Part shown: positions 25,894 through 33,872 of the stretch, in pieces
How positions within the stretch are numbered: the first letter of the stretch is position 1
Layout of the letters: each line of letters opens with the position of its first letter
Virus record (IMG/VR): IMGVR_UViG_3300029585_000017
DNA from: a virus
Length of the DNA: 47,882 bases
Direction: 5' to 3' (one strand)
Program-made: the position numbers and the translations under genes
The notes under the pieces: model-generated
Told to the model about the DNA's origin: nothing
Seen by the model: only the letters and a program-made list of their open reading frames with translations
Databases searched by the model: none

Positions 25894-26520
25894 TTAAGCT
25901 GCATAAGCAAGCTGCGGAGTAGCCTGCTTAATATTTTCTAGTTCTTCTTGGGCTTCATCACGCTCAGCTTCATAGCTATGAGCGTAACTTCTCCAAGAGT
26001 TAGCTTCACTTTCCCAGTAATCACGATCACGTTCCATGCTATCAAACTCAGTCTGAATCTCATCACGTTGCGTTCTAACATCATCCAATTTCTCTTGGAA
26101 TTCATCACGCATGATGTCGAAACCAATACGAGTATCCGCAAGTTGCAGTTTCAACTCTTCGATTTCAGACTCTGATTCTTTAAGCCAATTTTGGAACAAA
26201 TCTTTCTCATCACGCTCATCGCCTAGCATTTCTTCAAGAAAATTAGCGTGTTGCGAGCGCTTCTCTAAGGCTTTCTCAGCCATTAGAGCACGATTTAGTA
26301 GGGTAGCAAAGATAAGCATCATGAAGATGCTCAGAGAGGTGTACAGGAGCTCTGAATGGTATGTAGATACAAACGCATCGGTAGTTGTGAAGAATTCAGT
26401 AAGTTTCATCTTCATAACGTCTGTAAATCCCACTCGTAGCTCATGGAATTCATTCATTAAGCGGTAGACCCACTCATTGACAGTAACATATGCACTATCA
26501 GCGGTCATTTCGTGTGACAT
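25894..26520 (-). CDS. Membrane-anchored acidic coiled-coil protein
   Basis: 208-aa ORF, TM LLYTSLSIFMMLIFATLL, then a long E/D/R-rich heptad region. GGAGAA RBS. Confidence 0.6.
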   Translation of the reverse strand: MSHEMTADSAYVTVNEWVYRLMNEFHELRVGFTDVMKMKLTEFFTTTDAFVSTYHSELLYTSLSIFMMLIFATLLNRALMAEKALEKRSQHANFLEEMLGDERDEKDLFQNWLKESESEIEELKLQLADTRIGFDIMRDEFQEKLDDVRTQRDEIQTEFDSMERDRDYWESEANSWRSYAHSYEAERDEAQEELENIKQATPQLAYAA

Positions 26521-26549
26521 AATTTATTCTCCATGTTACGGGAGGGAAA

Positions 26550-26565
26550 GAGGGCTTGCGCCCTC
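26550..26565 (-). promoter_or_regulatory. Intercistronic GC hairpin with GNRA (GCAA) tetraloop
   Basis: The - strand reads GAGGGC-GCAA-GCCCTC followed by TTTCCC. Weak terminator or stabiliser. Confidence 0.4.
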
Positions 26566-26568
26566 ATA

Positions 26569-27405
26569 TTACGCAGCTTGTAAAGTCTCAATAACTTCAC
26601 GAGCTTCTTTATAGCTTAGTTCACCTGCTTCTAGAGCAGCATGAGCAGCATCGGCAGCTTCACGTAGTGAGACTACATTAGACGCGGCTGCATTCAGCGC
26701 TTCTTCCGCATCAATTAGTTCTTGAGGTTTCACACGGTATGCAAAGTTCTCAGAAGGATCAAATGACATGTCATCAACCCAACCCCCACCCATCTTAGAT
26801 AGGAACTGGACAGTCTTACCTTCATGAGCGGCTAACAGGATAGCACCTTTCGCCACATCATCCATATCCTCAAACTCAGGATATTTAGGAGCTGTTGCTA
26901 CAGCTTCATCTAGGAAGACAGGGAACGGAACTACTTCAGCAGATGATTCAGAGCGATCGTATTCACGCTTCATAGCTGATAGATTCACGAACCAATAATC
27001 ACCGCCCCAACTGAAGAATTCTTCACCGTCCATACACTCAGCATGACCGAAGCAACCGCAACCTTCTAGCATTAGTGTATATAGACCGCCTACTTCTAGA
27101 CGATTATCTTCTTCATCGTTTTCACGAGTCGCTACAAGGATATCACCGTTACTTGAAGAAGAAGAAGAGATGATTTCTTCAAGCAACATACCACGATCAG
27201 CCAACATTGTCATGTTAGTAACAGGATTCCAGAACGGAGCTCCTTCTTCATCATCTAGGTTAACCCACTGATGACCACCCATTGGATCAAGCATCTCATG
27301 GATAGCAGTTACCACTCCAACGTGACCTGCTGTGTGTTTACCTTGGTAAGACCATTGAGCCTCATTGAGACGAACAACGTCGCCTACTTTTACTTTCATT
27401 GCCAT
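26569..27405 (-). CDS. Hypothetical protein; SH3/KOW-like N-terminus suspected, C-terminal paralog domain
   Basis: 278-aa ORF. See the shared block with 25099-25884. Confidence 0.6.
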   Translation of the reverse strand: MAMKVKVGDVVRLNEAQWSYQGKHTAGHVGVVTAIHEMLDPMGGHQWVNLDDEEGAPFWNPVTNMTMLADRGMLLEEIISSSSSSNGDILVATRENDEEDNRLEVGGLYTLMLEGCGCFGHAECMDGEEFFSWGGDYWFVNLSAMKREYDRSESSAEVVPFPVFLDEAVATAPKYPEFEDMDDVAKGAILLAAHEGKTVQFLSKMGGGWVDDMSFDPSENFAYRVKPQELIDAEEALNAAASNVVSLREAADAAHAALEAGELSYKEAREVIETLQAA

Positions 27406-27470
27406 TTTACTATTCCTTTTTGCGAGGTATTAATTTAATTGTTACCTAGTGTGGCGGCACTGAGGTTTTA

Positions 27471-27782
27471 CTACTTAGCTTTCGCTTTAGTTTTTGCTTC
27501 AAGATACTTATCTTTAGGAATACCAGCCGCCTTGGTTAAGGCTACGGCTTTCTTCGCTGTACGCATCGGACGCGATGCATCTAATGCTTCTTTGTGTTGT
27601 GCTTCTGTAGCTAACACACGGTCATACTCTTCAGCGTGAGCAATCAGTTTGTTAACCTTAGCGATAGCTTTTAGGTTGTTCGCAGCGGTGTGACGTTGAA
27701 GCACTACCGCTAATTCACCGCTCTCCAATTTCTTATGGAGCTTTTTAAGTTGACGTTTAGACGTCGGAAGTTTTGTTTTCAT
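27471..27782 (-). CDS. Lys/Ala-rich basic protein (possible nucleic-acid binding)
   Basis: 103-aa ORF, KTKAKAK tail and KKLHKKL segment. Confidence 0.5.
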   Translation of the reverse strand: MKTKLPTSKRQLKKLHKKLESGELAVVLQRHTAANNLKAIAKVNKLIAHAEEYDRVLATEAQHKEALDASRPMRTAKKAVALTKAAGIPKDKYLEAKTKAKAK

Positions 27783-27914
27783 TTTGAAAATCCTAATTTA
27801 CGGGGTGCTAGTACTCTCAGATTTTAGGACTGAGGAAACCTGCGAAAAATTTTGCAGCAAAAATGGGCATAATCGGGCATCGACAAACTCAGCCTTACCC
27901 ATTCTGCTGTGATG

Positions 27915-28382
27915 TTAACTTGTAAGCGTCGGGGTAAAGGAAGTAATCGCAGGCTGCTTATTGCCGCCATTGTTGTTATTACCTTTCTGCTTATTGTTGT
28001 TGTTATTGTTACCGTTGTTATTATTACCATTACCACGGTTGGTTGTCATAGGCTTACCTAATCCACCGTCAGCAAGGTTAATCATCTGTAACAATCGTTG
28101 TTGTTCTTCGTAAAGAACTTTGAACGCAGCTGAATGTTTACCCATATCAGCCTCTACCTTAGTCAGCCTCTTTACGTACTCAGGACGTTTCTTAAACGCG
28201 TCCATCTGTAATTTGGATGATTCATCAGCAGTGGAGAAATTAGGTTTCTTTTTCTTCGTGATGTTCTTAACACCAGCCCATAGCTTCATGCCTACCCATT
28301 TAAGAGCCTTGGCAATCAGGACTAATACAAACCAGAAGAATTCAGCAGTAGTACGTAAGATATAGAGAGTCCACTCTTTCAT
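27915..28382 (-). CDS. Membrane protein with Asn/Gly-rich low-complexity C-terminus
   Basis: TM FFWFVLVLIAKAL. C-terminal NRGNGNNNNGNNNNNNKQKGNNNNGGN. Confidence 0.55.
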   Translation of the reverse strand: MKEWTLYILRTTAEFFWFVLVLIAKALKWVGMKLWAGVKNITKKKKPNFSTADESSKLQMDAFKKRPEYVKRLTKVEADMGKHSAAFKVLYEEQQRLLQMINLADGGLGKPMTTNRGNGNNNNGNNNNNNKQKGNNNNGGNKQPAITSFTPTLTS

Positions 28383-28391
28383 AACTACTCC

Positions 28392-28652
28392 TTACGACGA
28401 GTCATGGATACCACGCATCTCATTGAGAATAACATCCACTTCATCGAACTTAACGTTGTGTTCACGTAAAGTCTCAGTCAATTGTTTAGTTAGTTTTTCT
28501 TCACGCATTAACTTGCGATCCATTTTACTTACTTCACATTCTACCTTATACAACTTTGAACGTAAACGCTTAATTGCCCATGATAATACCCAAGTACTAG
28601 CCCCGAATATTATCATAAACAGAATTAGCATATCATGAGAGATAGATTCCAT
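28392..28652 (-). CDS. Small membrane protein (TM plus coiled coil)
   Basis: 86-aa ORF, TM MLILFMIIFGASTWVLSWAI. Confidence 0.5.
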   Translation of the reverse strand: MESISHDMLILFMIIFGASTWVLSWAIKRLRSKLYKVECEVSKMDRKLMREEKLTKQLTETLREHNVKFDEVDVILNEMRGIHDSS

Positions 28653-28655
28653 AAC

Positions 28656-29414
28656 CTACTCCTTTTGAATATGACCACGGGTTACAGGCTCGTTCGCTAT
28701 AGCATTCGCTACACGTTCCATACGCTTGGCTACACCACTTCCAGCTCGCTTGGCTTCACGGTATTCACGATTGTTTAAGAACTCACGTGACGCTTCGTCA
28801 AAGCGACCTTGGTTAATAAGCATTCGGGTTTTAGGGCTGCCCGACATGCTGCCACGGTATGTAGAGGAGATAAGATTAGCTCTCAACTCTTCGCTGTATA
28901 GGTGTAACAAAGGGAACATAGTTCGGGCACGTTCTTCGTGAATAGCGAACGATTCCTTAAACGACATACCTTTGAACTTACCTGTTTGACCTACACCAGA
29001 GGCGTAAATCTCACCAACATCATGATACTCACCCATTACATATCCTTCATCGAGCACAACTCGAATCATTTCAGGGGTAAGATCACCTTCCATCTGTTCA
29101 ACTATAGAGATAGCTGCCTCACCAGAGTAAACTCGGTTAGGTTCGATGATGATGTCTGGCTTGTCTTTAATAACTTCCTCTATAGGTTTACAGAGGTAGT
29201 CATTGATTGCTTTCTTTTGCGTATCGCCAAGGGCTATAGTCGCAAGCTCATCGCTATTGAACATGTCTCTTGAAACGTCACACATTTCGATTTCTACTGG
29301 AGATGCCACATCTTTTATGTCGTGGACTTCGCTTGTTTCAGCAACAGCCAGCACTGCTACTATAGCTAATAGGAAGACATAAAAGCTGCCTATTATGCCT
29401 TTTACTTTTTTCAT
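28656..29414 (-). CDS. Membrane-anchored GH24 (T4-type) lysozyme-like protein, SAR-endolysin-like topology
   Basis: DEGYVMGEYHDVGEIYASGVGQT aligns with T4 lysozyme E11-x8-D20-x5-T26 ([23 protein letters not shown]). N-terminal anchor IIGSFYVFLLAIVAVLAVA. ATG at 29414 follows AGGTAC. Confidence 0.55.
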   Translation of the reverse strand: MKKVKGIIGSFYVFLLAIVAVLAVAETSEVHDIKDVASPVEIEMCDVSRDMFNSDELATIALGDTQKKAINDYLCKPIEEVIKDKPDIIIEPNRVYSGEAAISIVEQMEGDLTPEMIRVVLDEGYVMGEYHDVGEIYASGVGQTGKFKGMSFKESFAIHEERARTMFPLLHLYSEELRANLISSTYRGSMSGSPKTRMLINQGRFDEASREFLNNREYREAKRAGSGVAKRMERVANAIANEPVTRGHIQKE

Positions 29415-29510
29415 TGTCATGTACCTGTGTTGTTTAATTGATAGGGTAAAGGTGCATGCAGACACCTTAAAGATAGACGCTATAACTAACGCCTATGATT
29501 TAAGAGGTCT

Positions 29511-29621
29511 TTACTTTTTATCCACCTTAGTGAAACCTAATACACAGATCAGAATCAATAAGGCGATGTCTACAAAAATACCTAATGCATTGATGAAGAC
29601 TTGTAGATCGTGAGTAATCAT
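29511..29621 (-). CDS. 36-aa single-TM microprotein, below the ORF-track threshold
   Basis: I translated it by hand: MITHDLQVFINALGIFVDIALLILICVLGFTKVDKK. ATGA overlap with the upstream stop. It fills the 152-nt gap before the lysozyme-like gene. Confidence 0.4.
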   Translation of the reverse strand: MITHDLQVFINALGIFVDIALLILICVLGFTKVDKK

Positions 29622-29902
29622 ACTACAGTGTATCCTTGTTGACGCAGCTTATCAATCTTCCAGCGTTTGCAGAAGTTGAACGAGTGAGCGTTATTATAGT
29701 TTACACCAATATTTTCAGGGTCTACGAAATGTTCTTCAACATCCCAAACAGCCCCTTCTCTTTTGAAACACCCCAAATATGGGAGACAGTTGATAGAAGC
29801 GCGAGCATCTTTCTTAGCTGACTTAATTGGAAGATTGCATGCACCTTCTGGAAGTATATGAGCATGAGTATCACTTACAATAATTAGCAGTCTTTGTTTC
29901 AT
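29618..29902 (-). CDS. Hypothetical protein, paralog pair member (C-terminal RQQGYTVV)
   Basis: 94-aa ORF. Its C-terminus resembles that of 29914-30186 (TRQGFTVIQ). Confidence 0.5.
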   Translation of the reverse strand: MKQRLLIIVSDTHAHILPEGACNLPIKSAKKDARASINCLPYLGCFKREGAVWDVEEHFVDPENIGVNYNNAHSFNFCKRWKIDKLRQQGYTVV

Positions 29903-29913
29903 AATATAATTTC

Positions 29914-30186
29914 CTATTGGATTACAGTAAAACCTTGTCGGGTGAGTTGAGCAGACATCATACTTTTATATGAGTTCTTACTGCCCTTGTGTACCTTGTG
30001 CCAACGCATCTCCCATTCAACGTTACGGAAGATGTTCAGCAAAGGGATGCGGCGAGCCATCATACAGAACACCTTAGCATTCTTTCCTAGTGTACGTAGC
30101 TCAAAACGAGAGGACGCTGTAACCCAAGCGTATTTACCACACTTAGATGTTACAACGTATATGCGGGGTTTAACTTTGTTTCCCAT
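29914..30186 (-). CDS. Hypothetical basic protein, paralog pair member
   Basis: 90-aa ORF, GAAGGT RBS. Confidence 0.5.
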   Translation of the reverse strand: MGNKVKPRIYVVTSKCGKYAWVTASSRFELRTLGKNAKVFCMMARRIPLLNIFRNVEWEMRWHKVHKGSKNSYKSMMSAQLTRQGFTVIQ

Positions 30187-30207
30187 AATATACCTTCTTG
30201 GGTTGTT

Positions 30208-30251
30208 GTCTTAATGAAAGGTACTCACAATTGAATACCTTTGGTTAAGAC
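30208..30251 (-). promoter_or_regulatory. Long interrupted intercistronic hairpin (7+7 bp, 2x2 internal loop)
   Basis: GTCTTAA/TTAAGAC and AAAGGTA/TACCTTT arms with a 12-nt loop; counted directly. Confidence 0.5.
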
Positions 30252-30469
30252 TAATCAAAGTTTAGATGGTTGCACCATGAGTATGCCATATACCAACGAT
30301 TGATGACGAAAGTACGTAAATACTTAGCGTCATCCCCCATTGGGTTAGCAACTACCCACCAACCTTTGCGTCTTACAAGATGAGGTTTAACTACCACTGT
30401 CTCCACTCCCTTTGAGATTACCAACCACAATACCGCAATAGTTCTCACTAACCCATTGGTTAATGGCAC
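30251..30469 (-). CDS. Hypothetical protein, start uncertain
   Basis: The track ORF overlaps the upstream gene by 83 nt. A GTG near 30391 (MVVKPHLV, after GGGAG) would give about 48 aa. Confidence 0.3.
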   Translation of the reverse strand: MPLTNGLVRTIAVLWLVISKGVETVVVKPHLVRRKGWWVVANPMGDDAKYLRTFVINRWYMAYSWCNHLNFD

Positions 30470-30578
30470 TCATAGTTTGGATTGTAGGAGCATTCTCACA
30501 ATTGTCAACATGACTTTTGCGAGTATCAACAGTGTTACCATCATCGTCTTTAAGGACTAATGCTACTTCAAGTCTCAT
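30387..30578 (-). CDS. Hypothetical protein (63 aa)
   Basis: ATG at 30578 (MRLEVALV) lies 6 nt after AAGGAG (30590-30585). Confidence 0.5.
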   Translation of the reverse strand: MRLEVALVLKDDDGNTVDTRKSHVDNCENAPTIQTMSAINQWVSENYCGIVVGNLKGSGDSGS

Positions 30579-30758
30579 TACTTTCTCCTTGTTGTATCTT
30601 AATGATAGGCTCTCGAAAGAACCTATGGTTAAGACAGTCACCATTACGCTACACCCAACCAAGGCGGGGTTGTGAGCATGGAATCATCATCATGGTAACA
30701 CAGTAGATTCATACTGCCGAATATGATAGTGGCTAAAGTATATAATACAATAGGCTTA

Positions 30759-30971
30759 TCAAGGTCGAAAAGTCATTTGCTTACTAAGACGAAGACACTC
30801 GAAGAACGCATAATGATGTCTCTTAATTGTTCCGTCTTCAAATTGGCAAGTCAAATAACCAAGTCTAATATCTTCGGCAGCTTTCTTAATCACACAAGCC
30901 CTGCCGTCCAGCTTGTATAAGGCGTCATACATAACGCCAACCAGCATCGAGTTGTAAACACCAGTAAACAT
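30759..30971 (-). CDS. Hypothetical protein
   Basis: 70-aa ORF, GGAGATACCTTT-ATG RBS context. Confidence 0.5.
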   Translation of the reverse strand: MFTGVYNSMLVGVMYDALYKLDGRACVIKKAAEDIRLGYLTCQFEDGTIKRHHYAFFECLRLSKQMTFRP

Positions 30972-31119
30972 AAAGGTATCTCCGATAATCGTTATGAGGT
31001 ATCCATATCAATAGCTCAGGGTTAGCCATCATGTAATACAAGGCACAGGGAACACATCCTTCTGTTACTCCTTGATCTCATGAGGCGTCACCCTTCACTA
31101 TCTCAGGTACATTCTTTAC

Positions 31120-31464
31120 TTACTTCTTTTTACCCTGTTCGATAGCCTGACCAGCTGCCTTAATTCTTAATTTTAGGTTGGCAGCCACGTCGGTCAGACT
31201 ATACCCCGCAACCTTGATGGATGCATAAAAGATTGGGAGCACTAAGTAAGGAACTAAGGCAACACGTCTACCGATAGACCCCCATGCTTCAAGGTCGAAT
31301 CCCGTTACGAGGGGCGACCAGCTTAGGGAATCCCAGCAGGAAAGTAAGAGCACGCTGACATGAGCACCAAGCATCACAAGAAATGTGAATAAGAAAGTGC
31401 GTAGCCAGTTGCTAACCTTAGATGGAAGTGATGGAAGAGATGGTTTCTTTATACCAGAAGTCAT
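31120..31464 (-). CDS. Multi-pass membrane protein
   Basis: 114-aa ORF with hydrophobic segments, AGGTAC RBS. Confidence 0.55.
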   Translation of the reverse strand: MTSGIKKPSLPSLPSKVSNWLRTFLFTFLVMLGAHVSVLLLSCWDSLSWSPLVTGFDLEAWGSIGRRVALVPYLVLPIFYASIKVAGYSLTDVAANLKLRIKAAGQAIEQGKKK

Positions 31465-31492
31465 AACAGTACCTCTATAATTTAATTAGTAT

Positions 31493-31801
31493 TTACGGGA
31501 CGCTCCCATTAGCTAGGGATACCCCCGCCTCCCAGATAAGTAGCTTTCTCCACTTATCGGGAATCATAAGTTGTAGTTGATTAAGAAAGATGTCGAATGA
31601 TTCATCTCCTCGCTCTAAGAGGAGTTCGAGGTGTTCATTAGTTTCGTCTTTCTTGTCAAGCATTAAGTGTGTCACAATTGCATTGCTATGGTAATAAGTT
31701 CCTACGATTAACGCAGCAACTAGGATACCTAACTTAAATCGCCATTCAGCGAAAGACTTTCTTTTCTGTTTGAACCACCCCGCTATTGCGGGTATTATCA
31801 T
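31493..31801 (-). CDS. Membrane protein
   Basis: 102-aa ORF, TM LGILVAALIVGTYY. RBS cassette AGGTACATATT-ATG is identical to that of 32626-33192. Confidence 0.55.
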   Translation of the reverse strand: MIIPAIAGWFKQKRKSFAEWRFKLGILVAALIVGTYYHSNAIVTHLMLDKKDETNEHLELLLERGDESFDIFLNQLQLMIPDKWRKLLIWEAGVSLANGSVP

Positions 31802-32625
31802 AATATGTACCTGTATTATAGATGGATTTAATACTCAACAACTGTTAGCCACTATCATGTTGTATCATAGCGTTAGACTCCCGATGCTTTTCACACACCT
31901 GTCAATACTGTGAGGGATAGTTATTTACATGAGTACACTTCGATAGTTTCTATGCATGTTATCTATCTGGGACTTATATTACTCGTGTCTAGTCCTTACA
32001 AAGACACTGCCTTGGATTTGTTGTGCTCCATAGCTTATCCTTACTAACCATCTGCATATGAGTTCAGGGAGCTGAGAAGTCTATCACATATTTATACTGT
32101 CATCGATTGTAACAGTAACTAGCTTCGTTATATTCGCAGTGAGACTATTGATGAATAGTCCATACCCGCTCCGCTTTTACGCCGACACGGAGTAGCCGGA
32201 TACTTGCTAGTAATAGAAGGGACATTGTTTGATCAACTGCTACGAGTTGCAATCGCAGAGCCCATCATGCTATCGCTGGTCACGTTTCTTCACACCAACC
32301 CATCATGGCGCTACCCAATCAAACCACCAAGTGAAGAAGTATAGCTTAGTTTAACCACATACCAAGTGGCTTTTACTAACCTCATTTCCTATAACGTACT
32401 GAGGTGTTGCTCAGAATCACTTCAAGGGATTGTTTCTACCGCTGGTATTACCATACAGCACCCTATTTAGTTTTCATCTAAGTCTTTTACTTATTACACT
32501 AGTGCGCTAATAACTTTACACTCCCGATACGAGGGACGCACTATTTACTTCCGGACATTTTTCCAATGATACCAATTCGTACCACCATACCATGAGGAGT
32601 ACATTAGATTGTAATGTCATGATGC

Positions 32626-33192
32626 TTATGCTTCATCAAACTGTGCTGCAAGCTCACACAAGGTCATCAACTGACGCATGTCAGTATCTCGTGCTCGCAA
32701 TACATTGACCAAGTCTTTCATTTCGAAGAGGGGTTCACCTTCTTCATCTTTGGCGTTGAATGCCTTATCCAGTGCATTACCTACAGTTTTCTTGTAGTCA
32801 GTAGGTTTCTTTTCTGGCTTTTTACCATTTTCTTCGAACCAATCCCAGACCGACTTATCAGAGTCATAGAACTCTTTAGCCTTAGCCTTTTTACTGTCAT
32901 GGTTCTTTTTCTTAGCGTGCTTTTTACCGAACGCTTCTTCAGTAGAGTCCCAATCCCATCCCACAAACTTAGGGAAGAATTGCATAGCGACTTTCTTATA
33001 CGCAGGTTTTAGACCAGCGATAAAGGAATTGATTGAAGACACATCATTACAGCGGTTGGTCTCTGCCCAATCGTCATAAACATACGTTAATAGATTTTTA
33101 CAGACAGTTGAGAACTCAGTGTCAGTAATCGCTGCTGCTTTGTGGAACTTGCTGATTTGCTGCGCTATCGCAGACTTAGTAAATTTAGCCAT
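32626..33192 (-). CDS. Hypothetical protein with Lys-rich central region; the only >60-aa ORF inside the coding-poor island
   Basis: 188-aa ORF, AGGTACATATT-ATG cassette, segment GKKHAKKKNHDSKKAKAKE. Confidence 0.6.
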   Translation of the reverse strand: MAKFTKSAIAQQISKFHKAAAITDTEFSTVCKNLLTYVYDDWAETNRCNDVSSINSFIAGLKPAYKKVAMQFFPKFVGWDWDSTEEAFGKKHAKKKNHDSKKAKAKEFYDSDKSVWDWFEENGKKPEKKPTDYKKTVGNALDKAFNAKDEEGEPLFEMKDLVNVLRARDTDMRQLMTLCELAAQFDEA

Positions 33193-33294
33193 AATATGTA
33201 CCTACTATAAATTGCATTGAATATTATCCTCGTAAGAGGTGGAAAGATTTGGAAAGTTGCATGGTTTGATGCGTACCACACTCACGCTTTAGTT

Positions 33295-33309
33295 TTGAGT
33301 GAGCAAGAA
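33295..33309. repeat. Left arm of a perfect 15-bp inverted repeat (TTGAGTGAGCAAGAA)
   Basis: Reverse complement of 34633-34647, verified base by base. Confidence 0.9.
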
Positions 33310-33468
33310 TAACCTATAGGCATATCCTCACTACCAGAACCAATCGAGTGTGTCCTTTCATAAGCATATCTCCTATAGGAAGTTGTGTGTTTATTGCGGT
33401 TGTTCAGCCACTCCCCACACTGAACTATTGACCTAACGACTTGGGGCGTTAGTTTCGGTCGTGTCGTC

Positions 33469-33483
33469 GGATGTAATACATCC
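33469..33483. promoter_or_regulatory. Palindrome GGATGTA-A-TACATCC containing the iteron core
   Basis: TCGGATGTA at 33467-33475 equals the iteron motif of 21541-21626, here as an inverted pair. Confidence 0.5.
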
Positions 33484-33872
33484 ACTTATCTACTGTTACC
33501 TGACTTCTTTTGATTCGCTCATAGTTACACGAATGGGACTACCTTTCTTTTGCCAAGTGGTGGAAGTTACGCCACTAGTTCGCGGTAACTGCTTTGGACA
33601 CAGCCCACTAGTCGAGCATTTGAGTTCTTTCGTGCTGCCCTCAGTTCTAGCACGTTTGGGATTTAGTTGCTACTTGCTACAGCTTGCTACACTGTAGAGG
33701 GGCTACAACATTTACACTACACGTTAACACCTCAGAAAATTTTCTCGCAATAATCCTACTATCGGCGCATCGCAAAACCTACCCCACTCAGTGGAGTTAA
33801 GCGTTACATGGTGATTTAGCTATCACTTCACGCTTATGTTTTGTCATAGTGTAGGCTTAACACTGATAGAGC

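Noticed and set aside
27824-28036. 70-aa - strand ORF overlapping the 3' end of 27915-28382
   Set aside because: It is an alternative frame of the Asn-rich repeat tract (it reads as poly-Thr/Ile/Val), with no RBS. The 155-aa frame has the TM domain and the operon context.
29914-30186. GIY-YIG nuclease assignment for the 90-aa protein
   Set aside because: RIYVV...YAWVTAS only loosely resembles GIY-N10-YIG. The conserved Arg/Glu/Asn positions are not identifiable, and the protein is too short.
33282-33485. 67-aa track ORF on the - strand inside the ORF-free segment
   Set aside because: It starts at a GTG inside the GGATGTA-A-TACATCC palindrome. It has no SD-like sequence upstream, and its composition looks random. 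Nearby early genes all use AGGTAC/GGAG-type RBS.
33461-33697. 78-aa + strand track ORF in the ORF-free segment
   Set aside because: It runs antisense to the early transcription direction, I saw no RBS or + strand promoter, and it is rich in Leu/Ser/Cys/Phe as expected for a random frame.
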